Source of the DNA: Minisyncoccia bacterium
GTDB taxonomy: Bacteria; Patescibacteriota; Minisyncoccia; Phycocordibacterales; UBA9973
Reading direction: 5' to 3'
Assembly: GCA_044229265.1 (NCBI GenBank)
Contig: JBGATK010000004.1
Location: 252 to 64,251, forward strand
Length of the DNA stretch: 64,000 nt
Shown here one piece after another: positions 36,576 through 47,402 of the stretch (its first letter is position 1; each line of letters begins with the position of its first letter). The notes under the pieces are model-generated. The model did no database searches, was not told the origin of the DNA, and saw nothing but the letters and a program-made list of their open reading frames with translations. The position numbers were made by a program, and so were the translations under genes.

Positions 36576-37849
36576 TGAATTTCAAAAAAACAATTTTAAA
36601 AAATGGACTGCGGGTAATTACTGTGCCGATGTCTGATAATCCTACTTGCACAGTTTTGGTGCTAGTGGAAACTGGGAGCAAGTATGAGACGAAAAAAATA
36701 AATGGTATATCTCATTTTTTAGAGCATATGTGTTTTAAGGGCACCACTAAAAGGCCGAAGGCTATGGATATTTCCAGAGAGCTCGATGGGCTCGGTAGTC
36801 AATACAATGCTTTTACTGCTCAAGAATATACAGGATATTATGCTAAAAGTGATGCAAAGCATTTCAAACAAATTTTCGATGTGGTTTCCGATATTTATTT
36901 AAATTCCACTTTTCCTGAAATAGAAATGGAAAAAGAAAAAGGTGTGATCATAGAGGAAATAAATATGTATGAAGACATGCCACACCGCCATGTGCAAGAT
37001 ATGATTATGCAAGTTCTTTATGGCGACCAACCTGCAGGTTGGAACATAGCTGGCGAGAGGGAAAATATCAGAAATATGAAGCGCCCCGATTTTGTAAAAT
37101 ATAAAAATGCCCATTATGTACCGAGCGCTACTACGATAGTAGTAGCTGGAAGTATGAATGAAAATGAAGTTAAAAAAGAAGTAGAAAAAGTTTTTGGAAA
37201 AATAAAAAATACAAAAAAAGATCTTAAAGTAAAAACAAAGGTAGTAAAAAATGGTCCAAAAGTTTTAATCAAAAATAAAAAAACAGATCAAACGCATTTT
37301 GTGCTCGCTATGCACGCTTATGATTTATTTAATAAAAAAAATCCAGCACTGAGCGTACTCACCTCTATTTTGGGTGGGGGAATGAGTTCAAGACTTTTTG
37401 GCAGAGTTCGTGAAGAAATGGGTGTAGGATATTATGTGCGGAGTTATCCAGATATTTATACTGACCATGGCTATATAGAGATTTCAGCAGGTGTAGATAA
37501 TAAACGCTTTCAAGAAGTTATATCTGTATGCTTAGAAGAATGCAAGCGTTTAACTCTTGAGTTAGTTAATGAAGAGGAGCTAGCTCGCGTTAAAGAATTC
37601 ATAATTGGTAATACTAAACTATCATTAGAATCTAGCGATGACATTGCGAATTTTTTTGGTGCTCAAGAATTACTTAAAAAGAAAGTTGAAAAATTAGAGG
37701 ATAAAATTCAAGGCATTCGTAATGTGTCGGCCAAGGATATCCAAAAAATCGCTAAAGAGATTTTTGTAAATAACAACTTATTCTTAGCCCTCATTGGTCC
37801 ATTTGATAAAAAAGATGAAATTCGTTTCCAAAAACTTCTAAAATTCTAA
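36575..37849 (+). CDS. M16-family (insulinase/pitrilysin-like) zinc peptidase
   Basis: Inverted zinc motif HFLEH (GISHFLEHMCFKGT) with downstream E (EEINMYED). Confidence 0.75.
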   Translation: MNFKKTILKNGLRVITVPMSDNPTCTVLVLVETGSKYETKKINGISHFLEHMCFKGTTKRPKAMDISRELDGLGSQYNAFTAQEYTGYYAKSDAKHFKQIFDVVSDIYLNSTFPEIEMEKEKGVIIEEINMYEDMPHRHVQDMIMQVLYGDQPAGWNIAGERENIRNMKRPDFVKYKNAHYVPSATTIVVAGSMNENEVKKEVEKVFGKIKNTKKDLKVKTKVVKNGPKVLIKNKKTDQTHFVLAMHAYDLFNKKNPALSVLTSILGGGMSSRLFGRVREEMGVGYYVRSYPDIYTDHGYIEISAGVDNKRFQEVISVCLEECKRLTLELVNEEELARVKEFIIGNTKLSLESSDDIANFFGAQELLKKKVEKLEDKIQGIRNVSAKDIQKIAKEIFVNNNLFLALIGPFDKKDEIRFQKLLKF

Positions 37850-37886
37850 ATTCCAAATTTTTTATAAATTATGTTATGATGTAGGC

Positions 37887-38963
37887 ATGTTTGAACCGAG
37901 TGGAAATACTATATCTATATCAACCGGCACCTTTTTGAGGTTTGGTTTTGTATGCGCAGGTTTCGCTTTAGTCTGGTATTTGAGCGATCTTGTTTTGGTG
38001 TTGATTTCATCGATAATTATCGCTTCTTTTATGGAATCAGCAGTGCCATTTTTTAAAAAAATTCGTGTTGGGCGAGTCGGGGGTATGATCATTTTGTATG
38101 CATTAATCATATCTATACTTTTCGGTATTTTTTATATGTTTGCACCACTTCTCATTACTGAAATTTATAATTTCTCAAATGTCCTTGCACCATATGTTCC
38201 TGATAATGAATTTTTGCAATATTTTCAAAGTGATGAATTTTCTGGGGCCAAAGATTTGGTAGATAGTTTGCCAAAAGATTTTTCCGTAGCATCACTCTTT
38301 GGTGTATCTCAAGCTTTTATATCGAATCTTTCCGGAGGTTTTGTAAAAACTATTTCTGTGGCTTTTGGTAGTATATTTAATGTAGTCGTTATGGTAATTA
38401 TTTCTTTCTATCTTTCTATACAAGAGAAGGGTATAGAGAATTTTTTGCGCATAATTCTGCCACTTAAATATGAAGATTATGCTGTAGATCTGTGGCATCG
38501 TTCACGTCGAAAAATTGCACTTTGGATGAAAGGACAAATATTTTTAGCGTTATTAATTGCCGTACTTACTTTTTTAGTGCTCTCTCTCCTCGGATTTAAA
38601 TACGCACTTCTTCTTGCTATTATTGCTGGTATTATGGAGTTCGTGCCTTATGGTCTTATTCTAGCTCTTGTGCCGGCTGTAGGCTTTGCTTATATTTCTG
38701 GTGGTATTTCTGAAGCAGCATTGGTAGCAGGAGCATATATTATAATTCATCAATTTGAGACATTTTTGTTTACTCCTCTTATTATTAACAAAGTAGTTGG
38801 ATTATCACCACTTGTAGTTATTATTTCTGTGTTGGTTGGTTTTGAACTTGGTGGCTTGTGGGGAATATTGCTCTCTATCCCAGTAGCTGTTGTTATTATG
38901 GAATTTATGAATGATATAGAAAAGAAAAAGATTTTAATTAGAAGTGGGAGCGAGGATAAATAA
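37887..38963 (+). CDS. AI-2E family transporter (PerM/YhhT, UPF0118)
   Basis: 358 aa, about 8 TM helices in the characteristic arrangement; EFVPYGL-type block in the second half. Confidence 0.55.
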   Translation: MFEPSGNTISISTGTFLRFGFVCAGFALVWYLSDLVLVLISSIIIASFMESAVPFFKKIRVGRVGGMIILYALIISILFGIFYMFAPLLITEIYNFSNVLAPYVPDNEFLQYFQSDEFSGAKDLVDSLPKDFSVASLFGVSQAFISNLSGGFVKTISVAFGSIFNVVVMVIISFYLSIQEKGIENFLRIILPLKYEDYAVDLWHRSRRKIALWMKGQIFLALLIAVLTFLVLSLLGFKYALLLAIIAGIMEFVPYGLILALVPAVGFAYISGGISEAALVAGAYIIIHQFETFLFTPLIINKVVGLSPLVVIISVLVGFELGGLWGILLSIPVAVVIMEFMNDIEKKKILIRSGSEDK

Positions 38964-38977
38964 TTTTAAGTAATATT

Positions 38978-40423
38978 ATGTCAAAAAGTTTTTACATTAC
39001 GACGACCCTCCCATATGTGAATGCACCGCTCCACATGGGCCATGCACTAGAATTCGTGCGGGCAGATGCTATTGCACGGTACAAAAATCTAGTGGGCTAT
39101 GATGTATTTTTCAACACAGGCACAGACGAGCATGGAATGAAAATATATGACAAGGCAAGTGAAGCCGGCATGAGCCCGCAAGATTTTGTAGATGCTGGTT
39201 TTGAAGTTTTTAAAAATCAGCTCAAGATGTTTGGGATTTCTGACGATGTACATTTTATCCGCACTACGGACAAGTCTCATGAGAAACTTGCGCAGGAGTT
39301 TTGGACTAGGGTAGAGAAGAATGGCTATATTTACAAAAAGAATTATGAGGCCAAGTATTGTGTTGGTTGTGAGAGTGAGAAGACAGACAGTGAATTAAAT
39401 GAAAAAGGTTTTTGTCCCGACCATGATGGAGTGCCACTACAAATTATTTCCGAAGAAAATTACTTTTTTAAATATTCTGCATTTACAGATAAGCTGTTAG
39501 AATTTTATGATAAAAATCCGAATTTTATCGTGCCAGATTTTAGATTCAATGAAATGAAAGCCTTTGTCGCTCGAGGATTGCAAGACTTTTCTATCTCACG
39601 CTTAAAGAGCAAAATGCCTTGGGGCATACCCGTGCCGGGGGATAGTGAGCATGTTATGTATGTATGGTTTGATGCACTTACGAATTATATAAATACTTTA
39701 GATTGGGAAAATAACAAAGAGCAATTTGAAAAGTATTGGAAGGGTGGCACACCGACGCAATACTGTGGCAAAGACAATACTAGGTTCCAAGGAGCCATGT
39801 GGCAAGCCATGCTGATGGCTGCAGATTTCCCAAATAGTCACCAAATAGTTGTGAATGGTTTTATCACAGCTGACGGTGGGGTAAAGATGAGTAAAACCCT
39901 AGGTAATGTAGTCGACCCAAAGGAAATAGTAGATGAATACGGCACAGATGCACTTAGATACTTCCTGCTTCGCGAGATTTCGAGTTTTGAAGATTCACCT
40001 TTTTCAAAGGAGCGTTTCAAAGATGCTTACAACTCTGGGCTTGCAAATGGTTTGGGGAATTTAACTTCAAGAATTTTAACAATGTCGGGAAGTTATGGAG
40101 TAAAATTGACAGACGAAGAGTTAAATATTAATTATTATAAAGAAGGGAAAGAAGATTTAGAAAATTTTGATATTCATAAATTTATAAACTGGATCTGGGG
40201 ATGTATGAGTAGTCTTGATGAATATATACAAAAAAATGAACCATTTAAAAAGATAAAAGTTAATAAAGAAGAGGCAGAAAAAGATGTTCATTATTTATTA
40301 CTTCATTTATATAAAGCAGCCCTTGCTATCGAACCAATTCTTCCAGAAACTGCAAAAAAGATTCAAGCATTAATAAAAGAAAACAAAAAACCAGAAACAC
40401 CACTATTTTTACGAAAAGATTAA
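38978..40423 (+). CDS. metG: Methionine--tRNA ligase (core enzyme, lacking the C-terminal tRNA-binding domain)
   Basis: YITTTLPYVNAPLHMGHA (class I HIGH variant), Zn knuckle CVGCESEK...CPDH, KMSKT (VKMSKTLGN). Ends after the anticodon-binding helical domain at 481 aa. Confidence 0.85.
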   Translation: MSKSFYITTTLPYVNAPLHMGHALEFVRADAIARYKNLVGYDVFFNTGTDEHGMKIYDKASEAGMSPQDFVDAGFEVFKNQLKMFGISDDVHFIRTTDKSHEKLAQEFWTRVEKNGYIYKKNYEAKYCVGCESEKTDSELNEKGFCPDHDGVPLQIISEENYFFKYSAFTDKLLEFYDKNPNFIVPDFRFNEMKAFVARGLQDFSISRLKSKMPWGIPVPGDSEHVMYVWFDALTNYINTLDWENNKEQFEKYWKGGTPTQYCGKDNTRFQGAMWQAMLMAADFPNSHQIVVNGFITADGGVKMSKTLGNVVDPKEIVDEYGTDALRYFLLREISSFEDSPFSKERFKDAYNSGLANGLGNLTSRILTMSGSYGVKLTDEELNINYYKEGKEDLENFDIHKFINWIWGCMSSLDEYIQKNEPFKKIKVNKEEAEKDVHYLLLHLYKAALAIEPILPETAKKIQALIKENKKPETPLFLRKD

Positions 40424-40425
40424 GT

Positions 40426-41259
40426 ATGAAATACATAGACATACATAGTCATGTGAACTTTAGTGCCTTTGATGAGGATAGGGAGGCAGTAATGGCTCGC
40501 GCGAGTGAGGCTGGAGTAATAGTTATAAATGTCGGAACGCAGATAGATACTTCACGGAAGGCTGTCGAGATGGCGCATGAATATTCCGATACTTATGCTA
40601 TCATCGGCCTACATCCTATACACACAGACGCTTCGTATCATGATGAAAAAGAACTGGGAGTTGGTGGAGCGGAATTTACTTCACGAGGAGAAGATTTTGA
40701 CAAACAAGCTTATCGCGAACTTTTAAAAAATCCAAAGGTTGTGGGCATAGGGGAATGTGGGCTCGATTATTACAGATGTACTTTTGAAAGTGCGGAAAAG
40801 CAAAAGAAAGCTTTCATCGAGCAAATAGAACTTGCTAATGAATTTAATAAACCTCTGATGCTTCATATACGAAATAATCCTAAAGACAACTATTTGAATG
40901 CGTATCATGATGCACTAGAAATTTTGAAAAAACATTCACAAGTAAAGGGTGATGTGCACTTTTTCGCTGGAACGATAGAAGATGCAAAAGCTTTTGTCGA
41001 TTTTGGTTTTACTATTTCTTTTACCGGTGTTATTACTTTTACTACAGATTATTCTGGTATCATAAATAATATTCCTCTAGAAATGATAATGACCGAGACA
41101 GATAGCCCCTATGTATCCCCAGCACCTTTTCGTGGGAAAAGAAATGAGCCTATACATGTAAGGGAAGTCGTGAAAAAAATAGCTGAAATAAAGGGCCTGC
41201 CTGAGGATGAAGTCGCAAAGCAAATAATGCAAAATGCCAAAAGGGTTTTTGGTATATAA
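40426..41259 (+). CDS. tatD: TatD-family metal-dependent deoxyribonuclease
   Basis: IDIHSHVNF, GECGLDYY, ETDSPY signature blocks. Confidence 0.8.
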   Translation: MKYIDIHSHVNFSAFDEDREAVMARASEAGVIVINVGTQIDTSRKAVEMAHEYSDTYAIIGLHPIHTDASYHDEKELGVGGAEFTSRGEDFDKQAYRELLKNPKVVGIGECGLDYYRCTFESAEKQKKAFIEQIELANEFNKPLMLHIRNNPKDNYLNAYHDALEILKKHSQVKGDVHFFAGTIEDAKAFVDFGFTISFTGVITFTTDYSGIINNIPLEMIMTETDSPYVSPAPFRGKRNEPIHVREVVKKIAEIKGLPEDEVAKQIMQNAKRVFGI

Positions 41260-41420
41260 ATTTATAGTATAATATAAATTATGGATAAAAATACGAAAAT
41301 TTTACTTTTAATAATATTTGTAATGATAATTTGTTCTGTGTTCTTAACTTATAAACGCGCTTTTGTAGACAGGGATTTTGAAATTACAAATAGTTATAAT
41401 TCTTCTAAAGAATAATTTTT

Positions 41421-42347
41421 ATGACACACTGGTTTTTTATCGCATTGGTAGGTCCTGTTTTATGGGCATTAGTTAACCATATTGATAAATATATGCTCCA
41501 TAAATATTTTAGGAGTAGTGGAGTATATACACTAATGATTTTTTCTTGTATATCTTCTGTATTAGTTATGCCTGTAGCTTTTTTTGTTAACAAAAACATT
41601 TTCTTAGTAGATATATATAATATTCTTTTTTTATTTTTACTTGGATTGCTCAGCGCAGTAGCTTTTTTTTATTATTTGAAAGCAGTCGAACTTGAAGAAA
41701 TATCAATAGTAATACCATTGTTCCAATTACTTCCAGTTTTTTCCTATTTTTTAGCTTATTTTATATTAGGAGAATCCTTATCCATTCCTCAAGTACTATC
41801 AGCTTTTATAATTATGCTTGGCGCTTTTATGCTTTCTCTTGAAATAGATATAGATCATTCAATAATTTTTAAAAAAAGAGCTTTAGCGTTGGTCGCCCTC
41901 TCGTCCATATGTTTTGCATTTAATGATGTTTTATTTAAAAAAATTGCACTACAAGAGAGTTTTTGGGCATCGGTTTTTTGGCAATACGCAGGTCTTTTTG
42001 TTTTTGGAATATTTGTAATTATTTTTTCAAAAAAAGGACGAAAAAGTTTTTATGAAATTATTCATCATAAGGATTACAAAATCTTTTCGTTAAATATTTT
42101 GAGTGAAATTTTGTATATGACGGGTAATTTAGCTAGTGCTTTTGCTACGTTGCTTGCCCCTGTAGTATTAGTACTTATCGTTGGTAGTTATCAACCTTTG
42201 TTTGTGTTTATTGGTGCTGTAATTATGACTATGCTTTTACCTAAAATAGTAACTGAAAGAGTATCAAAAGGTCATGTGATTCATAGAATTCTTTGTATAA
42301 TTATTATTGCAATAGGTAGTTATTTTCTATATACATCTTCCTATTAG
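41421..42347 (+). CDS. DMT-superfamily (EamA-like) transporter
   Basis: About 10 TM helices in two repeated halves; glycine-containing EamA-like helices. Confidence 0.45.
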   Translation: MTHWFFIALVGPVLWALVNHIDKYMLHKYFRSSGVYTLMIFSCISSVLVMPVAFFVNKNIFLVDIYNILFLFLLGLLSAVAFFYYLKAVELEEISIVIPLFQLLPVFSYFLAYFILGESLSIPQVLSAFIIMLGAFMLSLEIDIDHSIIFKKRALALVALSSICFAFNDVLFKKIALQESFWASVFWQYAGLFVFGIFVIIFSKKGRKSFYEIIHHKDYKIFSLNILSEILYMTGNLASAFATLLAPVVLVLIVGSYQPLFVFIGAVIMTMLLPKIVTERVSKGHVIHRILCIIIIAIGSYFLYTSSY

Positions 42348-42373
42348 TAAATTATTATTTTATAATATAAGTT

Positions 42374-44002
42374 ATGGAATTATGTCCGTGGGAAAGTGCA
42401 CAATATTTTGTTTATTCTAGCAATATACCAGCTTTATTTTTCTATTCTCATATACCAGCTATTATTGCAGCTCTTGTTGCAGGTTTTATTGTTTATTATA
42501 AAAGTGGTGGAAGTAAAATGGGTAAAATATTACTTGCGATAACTTTGCTTTTTTCAACATGGACATTTATCGATTTGATTCTTTGGGCTACTAATAGGCC
42601 TGATGTAGTTATATTCTTTTGGTCATTGCAAGTTTTAATAGAACCAATTATTTTTGCTTTAAGTTTTTATTTAGTTTTTTATTTTATAAAAAATAAAGAT
42701 TTTTCTTTTTGGCAATTATTTTTTATAATATTGCCAGTTTTACCACTTATTTTTTTACTCAATACAGAATTAAATTTAATTGGTGTAGATATTTATGATT
42801 GTAATGCCATAGAAGGTTTTTTGGCTCAGTATTATAGTTATATTTTAGAAATTTTTTTTATAGGTTTAATATTTATATTTAGCATTGTAAATTATTCTAA
42901 AGAATTTTCTATAGAAAAAAAGAAAGAAATTCGTCTTTTTAGTATTGGTGTAGTTTTATTCTTATTAGCTTTTTCTTGGGGAAATACTATAGGTAGTATT
43001 GCCGACAATTGGGCTCTTGCCCAAGCAGGACTAATAGGTATGCCTATTTTCGTGGCATTTTTGTCTTATATTATTATTCGTTTTAAAACTTTTCATGTTA
43101 AGCTTCTCGGTGTGCAAGTTTTAGTAGGAGCGCTTATGTTTTTTATTGTAGCTACTTTATTTGTTCGAACTATTGCTCATATTAAGATAATTATCTTTGC
43201 CACTTTGGTTTTAGTTGCAATTTTGGGATATTACTTGATTTTATCTGTAAAGAAAGAAATAGAACAAAAAGAAAAGCTCATGGAGTTAAACATGGAACTA
43301 GAAAGTCTCATCACTCAACGCGAGAGCTTGATGCACCTTATTACGCACAAGGTTAAGGGGGCGTTTACTAGATCAAAATATATTTTCGCGGGTTTGCTTG
43401 ATGGTAGTTTTGGAGCAATAACCGAAGAAGTTCGTAAAATTTCTGATGCGGGACTCAAGTCCGACAATGCAGGTATTAACACTATCGATCTAATTTTAAA
43501 TGCTTCGAATTTGCAAAAAGGCACAGTAAAATTTGATGAAAAGGAAATAAATTTCAAAGATTTATTTAATCAGGTTTTTAATGAAAAGAAAAGTGTAGCT
43601 GAAATGAAGAATTTAAAACTAGAGCAAATTATAGAAGAGGGAGAATATGTGTTAAAGGGTGACCCAATGTGGATCAAAGAAGTGATAAATAATTTGGTTA
43701 GTAATGCAATTTCATATACTAAAGAAGGCGGAGCCACCATGTCGCTAGCACATGTAGATGGCGGGAAAATGATTTTTAAAGTAAAAGATACAGGAGTTGG
43801 TATTTCAGAGGAAGATAAGAAAGTTTTATTTACTGAAGGTGGCCGAGGTAAAGATTCCACGAAAGTAAATGTGGATTCTACTGGTTATGGACTATTTACA
43901 GTGAAGCTTGTCGCGGGGGGTCATGGTGGTAGAGTTTGGGCTGAAAGCGAAGGAGCAGGTAAAGGCTCGACTTTTTGTGTAGAATTACCACTTTCTTCAT
44001 AG
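42374..44002 (+). CDS. Sensor histidine kinase with large polytopic N-terminal membrane sensor domain
   Basis: About 8 TM helices, coiled-coil, H-box (LMHLITHKVKG), N/G1/G2 boxes (NLVSNAISYT, KDTGVGI, GYGLFTVKLV). No adjacent response regulator. Confidence 0.75.
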   Translation: MELCPWESAQYFVYSSNIPALFFYSHIPAIIAALVAGFIVYYKSGGSKMGKILLAITLLFSTWTFIDLILWATNRPDVVIFFWSLQVLIEPIIFALSFYLVFYFIKNKDFSFWQLFFIILPVLPLIFLLNTELNLIGVDIYDCNAIEGFLAQYYSYILEIFFIGLIFIFSIVNYSKEFSIEKKKEIRLFSIGVVLFLLAFSWGNTIGSIADNWALAQAGLIGMPIFVAFLSYIIIRFKTFHVKLLGVQVLVGALMFFIVATLFVRTIAHIKIIIFATLVLVAILGYYLILSVKKEIEQKEKLMELNMELESLITQRESLMHLITHKVKGAFTRSKYIFAGLLDGSFGAITEEVRKISDAGLKSDNAGINTIDLILNASNLQKGTVKFDEKEINFKDLFNQVFNEKKSVAEMKNLKLEQIIEEGEYVLKGDPMWIKEVINNLVSNAISYTKEGGATMSLAHVDGGKMIFKVKDTGVGISEEDKKVLFTEGGRGKDSTKVNVDSTGYGLFTVKLVAGGHGGRVWAESEGAGKGSTFCVELPLSS

Positions 44003-44008
44003 CTCTTT

Positions 44009-44056
44009 ACCCCCACACCTATTTTTTGAAAAATAGGTGTGGGGGTTTACTTTTGC
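44009..44056 (+). terminator. Strong intrinsic terminator (18-bp perfect hairpin stem)
   Basis: ACCCCCACACCTATTTTT-TGA-AAAATAGGTGTGGGGGT followed by a T-rich tract. Confidence 0.7.
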
Positions 44057-44080
44057 TAATCTTTTTGCTATTATGCATTT

Positions 44081-44584
44081 ATGTCAAAAACAGTAAATAA
44101 AGAAGCATTAGTAGATGCAAACGACCAAAATGAGCCTAAAATATACGAAATAGGGTATCTTTTTGTGCCGACCTTGTCTGAAGAAGAATTACCAAAAGTT
44201 TATGGCGATTTAAAGGCTATGGTAGAAAGTGCAGGTGGTATAATGATTGCTGATGAAATGCCAAAGTTCATAAACCTAGCTTACCCAATGCTCAAAATCG
44301 TATCAAATGTGCGTAATCATTTCGATACTGCGTATTTTGGTTGGTTAAAATTTGAAATGTCTGCAGATAAAATAGGAGAAATAAAAAAACAATTAGATCT
44401 AGATATAAATACTATTCGTTTCCTTATCATAAAGACTGTCCGCGAAAATACTATTGCCCAAAAGAAATTTGTTCCTAGAGATACTGTTCGCAGAAAGATC
44501 GTAGCAAAAGATGAAGGAGCAGAGCCTGTAGAAATAAACAAAGAAGAAATCGATAAAGAGATCGATGCAATGATAGAAGCATAA
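44081..44584 (+). CDS. rpsF: 30S ribosomal protein S6 (with N- and acidic C-terminal extensions)
   Basis: YEIGYLFVP..., NLAYPM, fold pattern of S6; first gene of the conserved rpsF-ssb-rpsR order. Confidence 0.7.
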   Translation: MSKTVNKEALVDANDQNEPKIYEIGYLFVPTLSEEELPKVYGDLKAMVESAGGIMIADEMPKFINLAYPMLKIVSNVRNHFDTAYFGWLKFEMSADKIGEIKKQLDLDINTIRFLIIKTVRENTIAQKKFVPRDTVRRKIVAKDEGAEPVEINKEEIDKEIDAMIEA

Positions 44585-44631
44585 TAAGTTTTTAGTTAAA
44601 AATAAAAGTTATTAAAAATTAAAATAAAATT

Positions 44632-45090
44632 ATGTATTTAAACAAAGCAATGATAATAGGGAACCTGACTCGTGATCCCGAAATGCGAGCTCTCCCAGGA
44701 GGAACAAAGGTATGTTCATTTTCAGTTGCTACAAATAGAGTTTGGAAAGATAAAAATGGAGGCCGGCAAGAGAGCGCTGATTATCACAATATAGTAGTAT
44801 TTGGTCGCCAAGCAGAAATAGTAGCGCAATACATGAAAAAAGGTAGCTCGATTTTAGCTGAAGGCCGTATGCAAACTAGGAGTTGGGATGATAAGAATTC
44901 TGGAGAAAAGAAATACCGTACTGAAATAGTTGCTGATAGAATACAATTTGGACCAAGAGCAGGTGGCGCAGGCGAGGGTTATCAAAAGAGCGGGGGAGCA
45001 CAGCCTTCTCAAGCCCCTCAAAATGAGGATCAAATGGATTCCGTCGAGTATCCCGAAGAAGATATAAACCCAGAAGATATACCTTTTTAA
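44632..45090 (+). CDS. ssb: Single-stranded DNA-binding protein
   Basis: OB-fold N-terminus (MYLNKAMIIGNLTRDPE...), Gly/Gln-rich linker, C-terminal acidic tip ending DIPF. Confidence 0.85.
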   Translation: MYLNKAMIIGNLTRDPEMRALPGGTKVCSFSVATNRVWKDKNGGRQESADYHNIVVFGRQAEIVAQYMKKGSSILAEGRMQTRSWDDKNSGEKKYRTEIVADRIQFGPRAGGAGEGYQKSGGAQPSQAPQNEDQMDSVEYPEEDINPEDIPF

Positions 45091-45121
45091 ATTATAAATT
45101 ATAAAATCAATACTAAATAAA

Positions 45122-45322
45122 ATGCGACAAGATTATTTTTCAGCAAACAATATAAAATTTATCGACTATAAAGATACAGAAATTTTGAAAAAGTTTCTAA
45201 ATCCAAATGGCAAGATAGTAAATCACAAGCGTACTGGTGTAACCAGCAAGAACCAACGCTCTCTAGCAGAGGCTGTAAAGAGAGCTCGCTTCCTAGGACT
45301 TCTTCCATTCGTAGCTAGATAA
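45122..45322 (+). CDS. rpsR: 30S ribosomal protein S18
   Basis: IDYKDTEILKKFLNPNGKIVNHKRTGVTSKNQRSLAEAVKRARFLGLLPF matches S18. Confidence 0.85.
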   Translation: MRQDYFSANNIKFIDYKDTEILKKFLNPNGKIVNHKRTGVTSKNQRSLAEAVKRARFLGLLPFVAR

Positions 45323-45334
45323 TCATACAAAATA

Positions 45335-45360
45335 AAAAACTCTCATATGAGAGTTTTTTA
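45335..45360. terminator. Bidirectional intrinsic terminator between rpsR (+) and efp (-)
   Basis: AAAAAA-CTCTCATATGAGAG-TTTTTT: palindrome flanked by A-run and T-run. Confidence 0.65.
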
Positions 45361-45371
45361 TTTTGTATAGT

Positions 45372-45953
45372 TTAAGCTCTTTCTACGTATTCTCCAGTTT
45401 CAGTATTTATTATTACATTATCACCTTCGTTTATGAACATTGGAGTGGTGATAGAAGTACCATTTTCGAGTGTTATGTATTTATTTCCACCCTTACTAGT
45501 ATCGCCACGCACAGCAGGTGGGGCTTCTTTTACCTTAAAAGTCATTTTAATAGGGAGTTTTAAACCTATAGTTTTTTCTTCGCCATCATTGTCCCATATC
45601 AGTGCTGTAGCATTTTCATTTTCTTTTAGGAATTTTTTTGTAGCATCTTCTAGGATATTTGCATCAATCTTGAATCTATCACTTTTATTATTTGGATCGC
45701 AAAACCAATATTCCTGTCCTTTTTGGTATAGGAACATGACTTCTCGTTTTTCTATTTCTGCTTCGTCTGCCATATCGGATACATGAAATGTAGCCGCTAT
45801 GGTCTTACCAGATATAAGGCTTTTTAGCTTTACTTGGTTTTGAGGTTTGCGTTGTTGGGTGCGAGCGACATGGCTCTCCACTACTTCGCAAGGTTCATCA
45901 TCATGAATAATTATTTTCTTCTCTCGAATTTCACTATATTCTAGTTTTGCCAT
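45372..45953 (-). CDS. efp: Elongation factor P
   Basis: 193 aa with the three-domain EF-P pattern. Confidence 0.8.
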   Translation of the reverse strand: MAKLEYSEIREKKIIIHDDEPCEVVESHVARTQQRKPQNQVKLKSLISGKTIAATFHVSDMADEAEIEKREVMFLYQKGQEYWFCDPNNKSDRFKIDANILEDATKKFLKENENATALIWDNDGEEKTIGLKLPIKMTFKVKEAPPAVRGDTSKGGNKYITLENGTSITTPMFINEGDNVIINTETGEYVERA

Positions 45954-45978
45954 GTTTTTATCTTAGCAGAAAATTTTT

Positions 45979-47034
45979 TTATTTCAACTCTTCTTTAAAT
46001 TTCTTCTTTATCTCTTTTAGAGCCTCAGAACTTATTTTTGGATTTTCTTTGAGGAATGTGCGAGTATTGTCGTATCCTACACCCAATTTGACCTTATCCT
46101 TAGCAACGCCTTCTGGTATATAAAAGTATGAATTACCAGATTTTTCGATAACTTTAAATTTTTCACCGAGAGCCATGATTTCACCCTCTTTGCTAATACC
46201 TTCACCGTAGATAATGTCGAACTCTGTTTGGGTAAACGGGGCAGCGACTTTGTTTTTCACTATTTTCACACGTGTTCGAGATCCCACATTTTCTTCACCT
46301 TTTTTAATTTGCGCAATTTTACGTATATCGAGACGCACAGAAGTATAGAATTTGAGGGCTTTACCTCCTGGTGTAGTTTCAGGATTACCAAACATTACTC
46401 CTATTTGCATACGGATTTGGTTAATAAATATAACTACTGTCTTGCTTCGAGATACGATAGCTGTGAGTTTGCGGAGTGCTTGCGACATGAGGCGAGCTTG
46501 TTTACCCACATGGTACGCACCCATATCTCCCTCTATTTCATCTTTTGGAGTAAGTGCTGCTACAGAGTCGATAACAATGACGTCTATCTTTCCAGTTCGG
46601 ACTAAACTCTCGACGATTTCGAGGGCTTGTTCACCATTGTCAGGTTGAGAAATGAGTAAATTATTTATATCTACGCCGAGTTTTTTTGTATATTCAGGAT
46701 CCATTGCGTGTTCAGCATCTATGTATGCACATACTCCGCCTTTCTTTTGAGCTTCAGCTACAATGTGTAGGGAAAGGGTGGTCTTACCAGAGGATTCCGG
46801 TCCAAAGATTTCTATAATGCGTCCACGAGGTATACCTCCGACGCCGAGAGCCATGTCGAGGCCGATGGAGCCAGTGGGTATGACATTGATGTCTACTTTT
46901 GGCGAATCACCGAATTTCATGATGGAACCTTCACCAAATTTTGTCTGTATAGACTTCAGCGTATTCTCGAGTATCGTGGTGTCTTCTTTTTCTCCTATTA
47001 TCTTGTCTGCCTTTTTCTCTTTTTTCTTTTGCAT
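45979..47034 (-). CDS. recA: Recombinase RecA
   Basis: Walker [11 protein letters not shown]1/L2 loop regions, [30 protein letters not shown]. Confidence 0.9.
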   Translation of the reverse strand: MQKKKEKKADKIIGEKEDTTILENTLKSIQTKFGEGSIMKFGDSPKVDINVIPTGSIGLDMALGVGGIPRGRIIEIFGPESSGKTTLSLHIVAEAQKKGGVCAYIDAEHAMDPEYTKKLGVDINNLLISQPDNGEQALEIVESLVRTGKIDVIVIDSVAALTPKDEIEGDMGAYHVGKQARLMSQALRKLTAIVSRSKTVVIFINQIRMQIGVMFGNPETTPGGKALKFYTSVRLDIRKIAQIKKGEENVGSRTRVKIVKNKVAAPFTQTEFDIIYGEGISKEGEIMALGEKFKVIEKSGNSYFYIPEGVAKDKVKLGVGYDNTRTFLKENPKISSEALKEIKKKFKEELK

Positions 47035-47035
47035 A

Positions 47036-47386
47036 TTAGTTTTTGTAAATTATCTTGTAATCTTTTTTGTCGCTATTGCCAAATTTATCTTTAGCTTCGA
47101 GCGTAATTATATTATAACCTAGAGATAGGGCAATTGTCTCTTTGAAATTACCATTTTCATCTATCGCAATTTCATTGCTATTTAAGGCTAAATTTATAGC
47201 ATTTTTAGCATTTCCAGATACATTTATTATTTCTTCATTATAACTTTCACCATCTTTGATATTTACGTCTTTTATCTGTATTCCAAATAGGATGTTTTTT
47301 GAAACAAACAATACATCAACAAAAATAAAAACGAAAAAACCGATCACTATCCATATGCTCATTATTTTTTTCTGATCTTTTCGCAT
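47036..47386 (-). CDS. Hypothetical small membrane-anchored protein between ftsK and recA
   Basis: 116 aa, N-terminal TM helix; apparently in an operon with ftsK-recA-efp. Confidence 0.35.
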   Translation of the reverse strand: MRKDQKKIMSIWIVIGFFVFIFVDVLFVSKNILFGIQIKDVNIKDGESYNEEIINVSGNAKNAINLALNSNEIAIDENGNFKETIALSLGYNIITLEAKDKFGNSDKKDYKIIYKN

Positions 47387-47402
47387 TTTTGTATTTTTTT
47401 AT

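Noticed and set aside
44046-44080. Possible promoter TTTACT-N17-TATTAT immediately before rpsF
   Set aside because: The hexamers are weak and the -10 would lie only about 7 nt from the ATG, implying a leaderless transcript. This is possible but not supportable from sequence alone.
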